The notes beneath the pieces were generated by a model. It had not been told where the DNA came from and made no database searches. It saw only the letters and a program-made list of their open reading frames with translations. A stretch of 64,000 nt of DNA from Sminthopsis crassicaudata (Eukaryota): NCBI RefSeq assembly GCF_048593235.1, contig NC_133621.1, positions 35,765,148-35,829,147 on the forward strand, given 5' to 3'. Within the stretch, counting starts at the first letter, position 1, and every line of letters starts with the position of its first letter. Below are positions 24,645-35,690 of this stretch, one piece after another. The position numbers were made by a program, and so were the translations under genes.

Positions 24645-27600
24645 GGGTAACATTTTTTCAAATGAATGGGGTTAGACTAGTTACGCTTTAAGGCCCTTTC
24701 TAGCTATGCAGTCCGTGCTTCTGAGACTTCATTTGAGGAGAGTGGAAAGTTAGATGGAGCCCCAGAGTCACGAGGGCACCTTCCATCCCTCTTGGACTGT
24801 GTTATGATGGCCATCCAATTGTTCCCCGCACAGGACCCTTCACCTTGCTTAGGATGCCTTCGCTCCTCTCCTTGTAACCCCTCTGAAGGAACTCAGGGAT
24901 TCTATCATTAGGACTGGTGAAGGGGACTCACCACCAACTGGTCAACAATTCCCTGCCACTTAAAGATTTGGGAAACGGCTGGGATATTGCCAGGGAATTG
25001 TCAGAAGGAGACACTGAAACCCCAAATCCCAGCTTTCTTCAAAGTCTCCCTCCTACATGAAGCTTTATAGGGCTCAGGATCTGCCGGATACCCCTACTCC
25101 ATCCCCCTGCCCACTTCCTCTTCCACTCTTGCTTTGGGGGTAAGAAAAGGGGAAGGGGAAGGAGGAGAGTCTTGGGGCCCTCTCAGAAGTCACAAGAACT
25201 TCTGCACTCCCCATCTCTCACCTTGAAGACTATTTAAAGTTTTGGGAGTTTTTTGTGCTTTGAGGAGGGAACAAAAAATAATTTAGAAGGATAAATTGGT
25301 CAGGAAGGTAGGACTTTTTAAAAGCTGGGGAAAATGATGGCTGTTCTGTCACCAAGCGGGGTGCTCTCCTGCAGACTGCCCTCCCCGGGGCCGTTCAGTG
25401 TCCGAGCATCTCTTCTTCTTGCCCATGTTTCCCAACAGAACTGTTGAAAGAACTTGCCTGTGCTGCTCACATTCCTCCATCAAGGCCACTAGGAAGACTC
25501 CACCATCTCTCTCCTCTTCTAGAAGCAGGCTGACTTTCCAAGGACAGCCATTCTTCTTGGATACTTTCTTCTAAATTGAAAAATTGTATAAATGGGGAGA
25601 ATGTTCCCGGTAAAGCTCACTATCTGCACATACAGATTTATGGCTGACCACGTTATAATATAGCTGTCTATTCATCAAGCACATTGGATTGAAAATATGC
25701 ATTGATTACTTTGGGGGAAATTCTTGGATTTCATCTACCAGATAACCTTTACGTCCTCATCCCACGCTATTATTTTAAAATATTTATTGCTTTAAAAAAA
25801 TCTTACTGTCATTTCCAAAATAGAGTTTCCCCCTCTTCCTTACCCATGGATAACACAAATGAGAAGGAATTTTTAAAAAGGGTCTCTGTGAACAGCTTTG
25901 CAAAATTAATACTGAGCCTGGAAGTATTTGCAGTGAAAGGATATTTAGCACCATTGACCCCTGGGCAGGGCATTTGGACAAGGAAATGACCGGAAAGCCA
26001 ATATAAGCCATTTAGGGAAAAGGCCCATTCCTTGATCTAAGCTTGCCTCCTCCCCCAGTGCCTAGCATTGTGTCCGTAATAGGAACCACTTAATAGATAT
26101 TTGTGATTGTTCTGCCTTTGCCAAGATCCCTTTTACAGCCGTGATTTCTTGTCATTCTCAGGATTGCAGCAGAGAAACCCTTTCCTCCCTTTCTTATTTC
26201 TTTCATCAGACCATGGATTTGGAAGGGGTCTTAACATTTCTCCATTCCGATTCCCCTACCCCAGAGCTGAAAACAGAAGCCTGTTGAGGATAAGTGAGTT
26301 ATGTAATTATTGTCTGAGGCAGGATTTGAATTCCAACCTTCCTGGCTCCAAATCCAGTGCTCTTTCCATGGTATCCTGCAAGGGAGAATTACAGTTAGAG
26401 CCCAAAGAATGGGAGCAGGAGACTATAGATTGGAGATGCTCTCACAACAGGACATTTCTTTTGCAAAGCCTTAGTAAAAGGACACTGTCTTGCCTTAGCA
26501 TGGGAGTTGTCCTAGAAAAATCTGGGCTGTACCAATGAGATCATCGGCCTTGGGCCTTGGGGATGGCTGCCAGAAGGAGCTGAGTTTCAGCCTCCTCCCC
26601 TATTAGATTGCATGTGAGAGACAAAGGTATAAGTGGACAAGTTGCATGTTGATGGCCAGGCCTGCCTGGCTAGAACAGGGCTCGAGAGGGCCGTTCTGGC
26701 CGTGTTTTACCTTGTTTGCCTCCTTTGGGTTTTGTACAAACTTGGCTCTTTAGAGAATAACCCAGTGCTCTCCTGGGAGTTATGATCTCCATCTGGTTGA
26801 TCCCCAAACTCAGATTGGAGGCTGAAATTCACCTGCTCTGAGTTCTGATTCAACAAATACTTGTTAAACATTTCTTGTGCTCCAGGCTCTCTGTTAAGGG
26901 GAGAGCAAAATGGACTATCCTTTGCCCTTGGGGAGCTTACATGCCATTGGTTAAATATAGAACAGATAGACAGTTAAGAAAATATTAGCTCATTTTGGAG
27001 GAAAAGAGCTCTGGGAGGCTCAGGAAAGACACTCTTAAGTCACAGGTGTCTGAAATTTGTGGTGTTGATTTTGTTGGCATTGGTGTTGGAATCTTTGGGA
27101 CCCCTTTGGGGGTCTTGACAAGGATATTGGGGGAGAAGTATCACTGAAGTGATGCTTGGATGGTCCAGACTTGGAGAACCACTTAGAGATGGGCAGTAGT
27201 CAGGCTGGTCCAGTTGGAATATAGGGTCTGAAGGTGAAGTTATATGGCTTTAGATTGGAAAGATAGGTGGGAACCAGACTAGAGAGGACCTTAAATCCCA
27301 AGCTAAAGCTTCGTGTTTTTCTGCATTCAGCCAGGGCTTTTCAGGCAAATCCAGGGGCTATAACAGCCTCTTGAAAGAATAACCCTACTATCTCCTGGAA
27401 TTTTGTGCTCTTATTATATTAGAATATAAAAATTATTATATAATTAATCATTAATTATAACGAATGATTAGTGTAATAAAAATAAGAGTAATAGATGAGA
27501 TGGGGTTTTAACTTGCGATATTAACATTAATTATAAATTATTGATTTATATAATTATATAAATTCTAGTTTTCCTTTATGTAGCTTATTTGTATATACTT

Positions 27601-27789
27601 GTTATTTCTCTTTCATTACATGGTAAGCTCTTTCAGGGAAGGGACTGTCTGCTTATTTTTGTACTCTCAGTACTTAGCAAAGTGCCTGGAATGTAAAAGG
27701 TGCTTAATGAGTAATCAGTTAGTCCCCAGACACTTTGGAGAGCTGTTACTCTCTCCCCAGGTACATGTGGGTGAAAAAGCCAGGACTTT

Positions 27790-28218
27790 TCCCTCTCTGC
27801 CCTTCCTTCCCTTCCTTCCCTCTCTCTCCTTCCTTCCCTCTCTGCCCTTCCTTCCCTTCCTNNNNNNNNNNNNNNNNNNNNNNNNNNNNNNNNNNNNNNN
27901 NNNNNNNNNNNNNNNNNNNNNNNNNNNNNNNNNNNNNNNNNNNNNNNNNNNNNNNNNNNNNNNNNNNNNNNNNNNNNNNNNNNNNNNNNNNNNNNNNNNN
28001 NNNNNNNNNNNNNNNNNNNNNNNNNNNNNNNNNNNNNNNNNNNNNNNNNNNNNNNNNNNNNNNNNNNNNNNNNNNNNNNNNNNNNNNNNNTCTCTGCCCT
28101 CTCTGTCCTTCCTTCCCTTCCTTCCCTCTCTGCCCTTCCTTCCCTTCCTTCCCTCTCTGTCCTTCCCTCTCTCTCCTTCCTTCCCTCTCTGCCCTTCCTT
28201 CTCTTCCTTCCTCTTTCC
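27790..28218. repeat. Polypyrimidine (CCTT/CT) compound repeat spanning an assembly gap (N 27862-28090)
   Basis: ctctgcccttccttcccttccttccct units flank the gap. Confidence 0.9.
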
Positions 28219-28564
28219 AGGCTGACTGGAATTTGCCTCATCTTATACAGCTGGTTTCCTCCTGACTGAACTGGGATGTTTTCACAAAACGTCCGGAGCC
28301 CAGACTGCTGGAACAGGTGGGATGTGTGATCCCTCGGAAATGCTTTGGCAGAATGAATGGCTCCCATAGCCTGATTCATCTCACCGACGTGACATACTTT
28401 TCAAATCTGCAAATTCGAAGCTTCATAGAGGCAGACAGGGATCCCTGGGGTGCTGGCTTTTTAAAAAACAAAGCTGGTTAGCTGCCATGGCACTCTAAAT
28501 GCTTTTCTTCTGGGTGGATCAGAGATCTGTCTGTACTCCTGGGCAGGCCTGGGTCCAGCAGCTC

Positions 28565-28680
28565 CCTCCACGTGCCATATGGAGAGCAGCTGCAGCCGTG
28601 TCCAGAGCAAAGCTCCACGAGCCAGTGTAGATGCCATTTCTAATTACGGCACACAAATTAGCCTGCAGTGACGTCAGCCC
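28565..28680. promoter_or_regulatory. Candidate intronic enhancer (E-box, homeobox and CRE cluster)
   Basis: CACGTG 28569, CATATG 28576, CAGCTG 28587, TAATTA 28641, TGACGTCA 28669, with locally retained CpGs in non-repetitive DNA. Confidence 0.4.
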
Positions 28681-28814
28681 ATGCTGGGAAGGAGCTTCTG
28701 AATTATAGGAGGGTCGGTGTCAAATGTTGGCTTCTTAGACCTCCAAAGAAATTTTTTTAAACGGCTTAGCTTTAAGTAAATGTCACAAAAACCCCAAACA
28801 ATATACTCTGAAAT

Positions 28815-29030
28815 TTTTGTTGTTGGTTGTTAGCATTAGTGTTGGAATCTTTGGGACCCCTTTTGGGGGGGTTCTCTTGGCAAGGATAGTGGCCATTTCC
28901 TTTACCAGTTCATTTGACAGATGAGGAAACTGAGGCAAACTAAATTAAGTGTTTGTCCAGCTAGTAAGTGTCTGAGGCAAATTTAAACTCAGGCCTGGCA
29001 CCCTACACCCACTATGCTATCTTGCTGCCT
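28815..29030 (-). mobile_element. MAR1-type CORE-SINE
   Basis: RTE-like tail antisense followed by acagatgaggaaactgaggcaaac...agctagtaagtgtctgaggc. Confidence 0.8.
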
Positions 29031-29389
29031 CTGGTGTCTATAAACAGGGCTTTATTTCTAGGGACAAGTTCTCTGGAGTTGTTCTCCATCCCATGAATGC
29101 TTTTCCCTAATACTTATCCCCTTCTACCCTTCACCTCTTAGAATTCCTAGCTTCTTCACAGTTGGTTTAAACTCTGTATTCTACAAGAGATCTTTGCCAA
29201 GGGAACACTGGATTCAGCTTGTACTGACTGTTAAATTTTCAATGGGGAGCATTTATCATCTGGGAAATGGGCATATGTTACAAATGTTTTCCTATTGCCA
29301 GGGTTTAAAAAAGTGATGGAGTATATGTTGATGTTTGTGGGTACTTTTTGGCGGAGAAAGGAAGGGGAAGTTGGTGGTTGAACATTTAC

Positions 29390-29545
29390 CAGCTCAAATG
29401 GCCTCAGGTACTTAGTACTTACTAGTTGGGTGATCCTGGACAAGTCACTTAACCCCACTTGCCTAGGGGCAGCTAGATGGCACAGTGGATAGAGCATGCA
29501 GCCTTGAATTCCGGAAGACATGAGTTCAAATCTGACCTCCGACAC
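29390..29545 (+). mobile_element. SINE 3' half followed directly by a SINE 5' half
   Basis: cctggacaagtcacttaaccccacttgcct is followed immediately by aggggcagctagatggcacagtggatagagc...gagttcaaatctgacctc. Confidence 0.7.
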
Positions 29546-30099
29546 TCCAGTACCTTCCTGGACCTTTCCTTGTTTTCTCCTCTCCTCCCCTGTCCCAGAA
29601 ACTGCTTTGTAATTAGGAGCTTACACTTATAGATTTAGAACTAGCTGAGAGGGATTCCCGAGGTCAGTAACCCCAACTCCCTCATCTTAGAGATAAGGGA
29701 ACGGAGAGCCCAGTGTTCACATCTCAGAAGTGAGATTACAACCCAGATTTTCCGGACTCTGAGCTGTGCTCTGGCCATTATAATTTTTAGACAACTTAAT
29801 ATAAGTATACAAGACTTCTCTCATTAAAAGGCAACAGGCATTTATTTGTGTGCTAAGTACTTTGCAATTATCCGATTTGATCTTCACAACCACCTTGGGA
29901 GTTATACTTGTGGTTGAGTGATTAAGGCCCCATCTCTAATAAGAGGCTGCATTTTGGGACTCCATGCCCAGTGTGGCGTGCACTGTGGAGAGGGAGAGCC
30001 GGATTTCTCCATCCTGTAAAAAACTGTTTTTGCTTCTCTTTGTATTCCTAGGACTTAGCAGAGTGCCTCACATCCAGTAAGCACCTAATGAATGCTTGT

Positions 30100-30400
30100 A
30101 GTCAAGTCAGCAAACATTTAATAAGCGCCTACTATGTGCTAGGTACTGTTACTAAGTGTTGGGGGTACAAAGGCAAGAGATAGCCCCTGTCCTCAAGGAG
30201 CTCCCAGTATGATGAGAGAGTCAACTTGAAAACAACTAGGTAGATAAAAACAGGAAAAATTGGAGGTGATCAATAGAAGGAAAGAATTCTCATTATGGGA
30301 GACTGGGAAAAGCTCTTTGTGGAGGTGGGATTTCAGCTGGGGTTCCAGGAAGCCGGGAGGGAGAGCATTCTTGGCATGGGGATGTCAGGGAAAATGGCAT
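30100..30400 (-). mobile_element. L2 3' end
   Basis: agtcaagtcagcaaacatttaataagcgcctactatgtgctaggtactg...cctgtcctcaaggagctc is the canonical L2 tail antisense. Confidence 0.75.
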
Positions 30401-31989
30401 CAGTTGGTGGCGGAGAATCTTGGGCAAGGAGGCCAGTGTCCATCGATCAGTTTGGAGTCAGGAAGCCCTGACTTCCGATCCTTAGCAAAGCCAACCCTAA
30501 GGTCCTTTCCACGTCCAGGTCTTGGACCCAGCTTAAGTTTCCAATCCTTTGTTTTTTTCTGCTGCTCTAAGTTCCGTCTCCTTCCAGACACGTTGAATCC
30601 CCAATCTGAGTCCCATTCTCTTTTTTTAATGGGAAGAAAAAAAGAAGACTTGATTATCCATTTAGTTGAATCAGATGGGTGGTGAGGATTGGGCTCCATC
30701 GAGCCCCTTCTGTGTGGCTTTTGTGAGAATCTGGACGGGCACCAATTATGCATGACTGTGGGCAGCGGGCCTTCTGCATGTAAGGGGGGAAGCCGCGTGG
30801 AAGCCCCCCAGACCCATTCAGTGCCTCTTGGGAGGTAAGGCACAAGGGGGAAATGGTGCTGCCCTCTGGCCCTGGCCATATTTATTAACATAAAACTTCC
30901 TTTGATTGGAAAGATAGCAGAGCAGAGAGCCCCGGGAGCCAGACCGAGATATTGTTATTGTTTATGTGCTTAATGGTTCAGCAGCTGAAGTTTTCCTTCT
31001 TCCCTCCTCTCAGACTGTCCCCACCCTCACTTCCAGATTCTTCTCCTCCATGATTTTGCCTGAAAAGTCTCTTCAGTCAGGATGCTTTCTGAGCCACACA
31101 AAGCTCGCTTGGGTTATATAACTGTCAGAGACCCAGCTTCAGGGGAGTGGGGGAGGCAGCAGGCTTTGTCTCTCAATTTTTGTCATCTGCTCTCTCTCTA
31201 AATTTTAATTATAAACTCAGGGGTGGCTATTTTAGGGCTGTTACTGGAGAAACACAAAGGCTGTTCTTGGTCTCGCTTAGTCTGTCTCCTATGATTTCGA
31301 AGAGATTCCAGCTAACCATTTCCCAGCCCCTAAACTCGCTTCTTGAGCCCATTTCCCAGCCCCCGAAACCCTCCTGAGCCCCTTGAAGCTTTTTCCTCAG
31401 GCAGACGGACCCGGAAAACCAGTTTTGTCCACTGGCCAACTGAGAAGACTCCCTCTGACGATTGTTTTCAATATGCTCCTTAAATAGCAAACTAATAGCA
31501 ATTAAGTGGATTTCTGTTTTTCATGAAAACAGCCATTAGTAAACCTCAATCAGGAGTCTTCCTCTGGCCCAGTGGATCTTATTTTCTTGCTTTTGTGACG
31601 AAAGAAAAGAATCTGATTGAAACTGGAGCAGGGAGCGTTGACATCTAGAGGTTTATAACTTTGTGTTGGAGAAGGAAATGGTAAAGCACTCCAGGGTCTT
31701 TTCTGAGACAACTCCAAATGGGGTCACAAAGTTGGTGGACATAACAGCAGCAACAAAACATTGTAATGAATCTGGGGGCATTCCAGGCAGGGCATTAATA
31801 ATTGTATAAACCTGGCTATGGCACTTTCTGAGCCTCATCTTCCCTTTCTCTGTAAAATCAATCGATGACTGGGTTCATCTCCTCTCTTAGACATTTGTTA
31901 GCTGTGTAGACGTGGGCATGTCACTCTCTTAAAGATTTATCTACTGAGTTATAATAATTGTTATAAGTTGAGTGGGTAAAGGGAGTTCA

Positions 31990-32375
31990 TGCATTGAGGG
32001 TTTGACATTTTAAAAATATTTACCTTCCAGATACTTTTTTCCCCTGGTTATACACATACATTAATTTTTTAAATACACAATTCTTTATGTATCATGTTGG
32101 GAGAGAAAAAAATCATAACAAAAGGGAAAAACCATGAAAGAGGAAAAAAAAACATAAAAAAAATTGAATATAGCACATGTTGATTGACATTCAGTCTTTT
32201 TGGATACAGATGGCATTTTGTATCCACGGTTTGTTGGGATTGCCTTGGATCACTGAACCGCCGAAAAGAACAAAGTCTGTCCTAGTTGATCATTGCACAA
32301 TCTTGCTGTTCCTGTGTACAATGTATTCTTGGTTCTACTTGTTTTGCTCAGCATCACTTTGTGTCCACATATTTT
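31990..32375 (-). mobile_element. Marsupial L1 3' fragment
   Basis: gtatcatgttgggagagaaaaaaatc...gttgatcattgcacaatcttgctgttcctgtgtacaatgtattcttggttct matches L1 3' antisense. Confidence 0.8.
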
Positions 32376-34649
32376 TTAAGGATCAGATGAGATACCAATA
32401 GCTAACATTTATATATTTACCTTTCAAATACATTCTAAAGGTCAAATGAAATACAAATAGTCAACATTTAATGCTTACTGTATGTCTGGAATTGGGTTAA
32501 GTGCTGCACAAATGTTATCTCCTTTGATCCTAACAACAATCCTGGAAGATAGATGCTGCTGTTCTCCTTATTTTACAGTTGAGGAAACTGAGGCAAACTG
32601 GTTACATGACTTGTCCAGGGTCATACAGCTAGTGTCTGAAGGAGAGAGGAGAAAGAAAGGTTAGTTGACTTCAGTGTGACCCTGGATAAGTCATGTAACC
32701 TGGTTGCCTCAGTTTCCCCATTTGTAGAGTGAGCTGGAGAAGGAAATGGCATTTATATCCCCAGTATATCCTAGAGCCCATAGCAGGCACTTAATAAATA
32801 AAGGCTTACACATTTGTTTTCTAAGTAGAATACCTATTGTGTCCACTTTAGAAGGTGATTGTGAAGAGATAATGTATATGAAAATATACATTAAACATAA
32901 AATAAACATTTAATCTGTATAATTTTAAGGGAAGAATAATAGTATCATAGCTAAGATATACTAGGCTCCCAGTGCAGGGAGTTTGCATGATCATTTAAGT
33001 TACTTACATGCCATAATTCCTATATTTAGCAGGAGAAATATCCGTGTCTTTGACTTTTGTTCAGGTTAATAACAGGGTAGAAATAACAACTGAGTCCTGG
33101 TGAGGCTGGTGTGTTCTGCCTAGATCTTAAAATGTGGCCTTTTATTTTCCCTTAAAGTGAGTGATCCTTGGAGTAACTTCAGTGGTTTGGGCCTCCCTGA
33201 AGGGTAAGGGAAGGACACCTGGAAAATCAAGTAATATGGGAAATGAAGATATATACTATGTTGTCGCTGTGGGAACTGTGGGAAGAGCTGGCCATGGTCC
33301 ATGTGCCCAAGTGGCCACAGGAAGACTGAATGGTCAGTCTCCAGGCTTGCCCAGACCGGAAAGGACTTTGAGGTCCCCACAAAGGGAAGAGGAAACTCAG
33401 TGAGGAAGAGAGAAGAATGGGAGGGTGGGAAGGAAATGGGAGCCATGGTCGGTTGGGCCGACAGTAAGTGTGAAGTGAAAGTAGACAAGGGAGTTAAAGG
33501 AGAGAAATAGTCACTGTCACATCTTCTGCAGGTTGTTGTTTTGTGTCAGAGAGAGTTAGTTTCTAAGAAGGCATCAAGACATGGCATTTTAGCTCAAAGG
33601 GATCTGGGAACCCATCGAGTTGTACCTGAAATATCTTCCTCAATGGCCCTCTAGCCTAGGTTTGGAGACCCTCCCCATGATCACCAAAGGCAGCCCATTT
33701 TCTTTCTGATTGGCTCTGATTGTCCAGAAGTTTTGTCCTGGAATCAAGCCCCTTTTCCTGCCTCTGTTTTGCCCTCTGGGGCCAATTAATTTCCCTTGAG
33801 ACAGACCCTCAGATATTTGAAGACAGCTCTCACGGCCTGCCTGCCTCCAGGTTCTTTCCTCCAGGCTAACCGTTCCTGATTCTTTGGTCCGAAAATGACA
33901 TGAAATTACAAGACATTTCCTGAAATTTGTGACCCGTTAGGTTAGGAAGCCTCTTTTTATCTAAAGTTTAGGCATCTTTTTAGCTTCTGGAATGGGGTAA
34001 GTTTGACTGGAATGGGGTTAGTTAGGGTGACTAAAAGCAGATAAGTCAGATCGTGGGGATCTTATTGGTAGGTAAAGAGCAATGTCAAAAGCAAATAGAA
34101 ACGGGTCCCTGTACCCTGTGTTGACTTAGAAAATTACAAGTTAATATTATCTATGCTGTATTTCATTTCTATTGATTTTGTTAAGTATTTCCCAGTGACA
34201 TTTTAATCTAGCTCTGAGTTTTGTGCACCTTGTGTTGCTGAAGGTATTGGCAGGGGGGGGGGGAGGCAGTGTTTGACATCTTTGTCCTTGGGATGGCAAC
34301 ATGGATCATGTGCTTCCTTTTCCCTTTGCTAGTCATTGCCCCTTCCCCCCCCCCAAAAAAAAAAAGCTCAAATAAAGAAGAGCAGCTTTTGAAGGCTGGG
34401 AACAATCACAAAACTGAATAATCCCAAATGTTTCCTTTTGGATGTGGATCTAAATTTCTCCCTTTTGTTTTTTTCCCCCAGCCTGTTTGGACCTTATGGC
34501 TGCTATTTCTTGACTTTCACAAATTCTTCAGCCCTAGCTTTTCTCCTTCCCAAACCTTGTCTAGAGACTTCTTAGGCCCCTCCATGGTTCTTTTTTGCTC
34601 CCTTTCTCGTTCCCTGAATGAAATTGATAATGCCTACTACTCTAGTGTG

Positions 34650-34810
34650 GGCAGCTATTTGGCTAGAGCACCGGGCATGGAGTCAGGAAGATATGACTTC
34701 CTATCTGGTGACCCTGACCAAGTCACTTAACCCCTATTTGCAGAGAAGAAAATCTCGTGGACGAGCTTATGGGGTCACAAAGTGTCTGAACATGATCCAA
34801 TGAACAACAA
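34650..34810 (+). mobile_element. MAR1-type SINE with internal deletion
   Basis: gggcagctatttggctagagcaccgggcatggagtcaggaaga...ggggtcacaaagtgtctgaacatgatccaatgaacaacaac. Confidence 0.7.
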
Positions 34811-35561
34811 CTACATGTATGTAAAATGAAGTGGAAAAGCACCCCAAATGGGACCGTGAGAAACATAATCTTGAATCTTTGTGGTTAGAAATATATTAAC
34901 TAATAAAGTTCTTCTCTCCCTACTGCAGATGGTATTCTTACACCCCCAGATGTGCTGTCCTGAGAGACCCCGAGTCCTTGACTTGATAAGCTTAAAGAAA
35001 TACTCCTTGTTGCTGCCTGAGAATGACCCCCTTAGAGTGATAAGTTTTTTTTGTCTCCTGTTTAGAATAGAAATTTTTTTATTATGACAAATGTACCAAG
35101 AAACATTTTGACGTCTCTCTGCTTTTGAGTGCTCCCTGAGGGTAGGCAGCTTACGTTTTTGTCATATCTCTAGCACCTGGAAGCATAGCAAGAAACCCCA
35201 GTAAGCACAGAATGATGGGACCATTGCTGCCTCCCCAAAGAGCAGTGAAAAGCTGCAAATTCCAGCTCAATGAAGTAGTAAGAAACTTTCCACTTTCTAT
35301 CTAGGGAGACAAGATAAACACAGAATAAACATCTCAATAAAGGCTCAATCACTGTCAAACCTTCTCCCCTCCTCCTTCTGCCGTCTGGGGCCGACCAGCA
35401 GAAGGTGAGGGACCTCTTCCCTGTGATAACCTTTCAGTTTTTCTCATGTAAACCCAAACCTCCCTGCCCTGGTTCCCTAAAGCAGGGTATTCATATTCTC
35501 TATTCCCTTTCCTCTTGAATCTAACTGGTATTTGTCGAATCTCCTGTCTCCTTGGTTGCAG

Positions 35562-35690
35562 GATGCCCGCCAGAAATTCCGTTCTGTTCTGGTAGAAGCG
35601 ACCGTGAAACTGGATGAACTGGTCAAAAAGATTGGCAAGGCCGTTGAGGACTCGAAACCTTACTGGGAAGCCCGGAGGGTGGCCAGACAG
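35562..35690 (+). CDS. SH3BP5: SH3BP5 coding exon 3 (129 nt, DARQKFRSVLVEATVKLDELVKKIGKAVEDSKPYWEARRVARQ)
   Basis: Acceptor ttgcag|GAT, donor CAG|gtaagg at 35691. Peptide matches the SH3BP5 coiled-coil domain and is in frame with exon 2. Confidence 0.97.

Noticed and set aside
24945-25001. 11-bp perfect inverted repeat ACAATTCCCTG / CAGGGAATTGT with a 35-nt spacer
   Set aside because: About one such match is expected by chance in 64 kb (64000 x 50 / 4^11, roughly 0.8); the stem is too short for a pre-miRNA.
4395-28379. ORFs containing X runs (4395-4820, 10020-10616, 27599-28379)
   Set aside because: They span assembly gaps and simple repeats.
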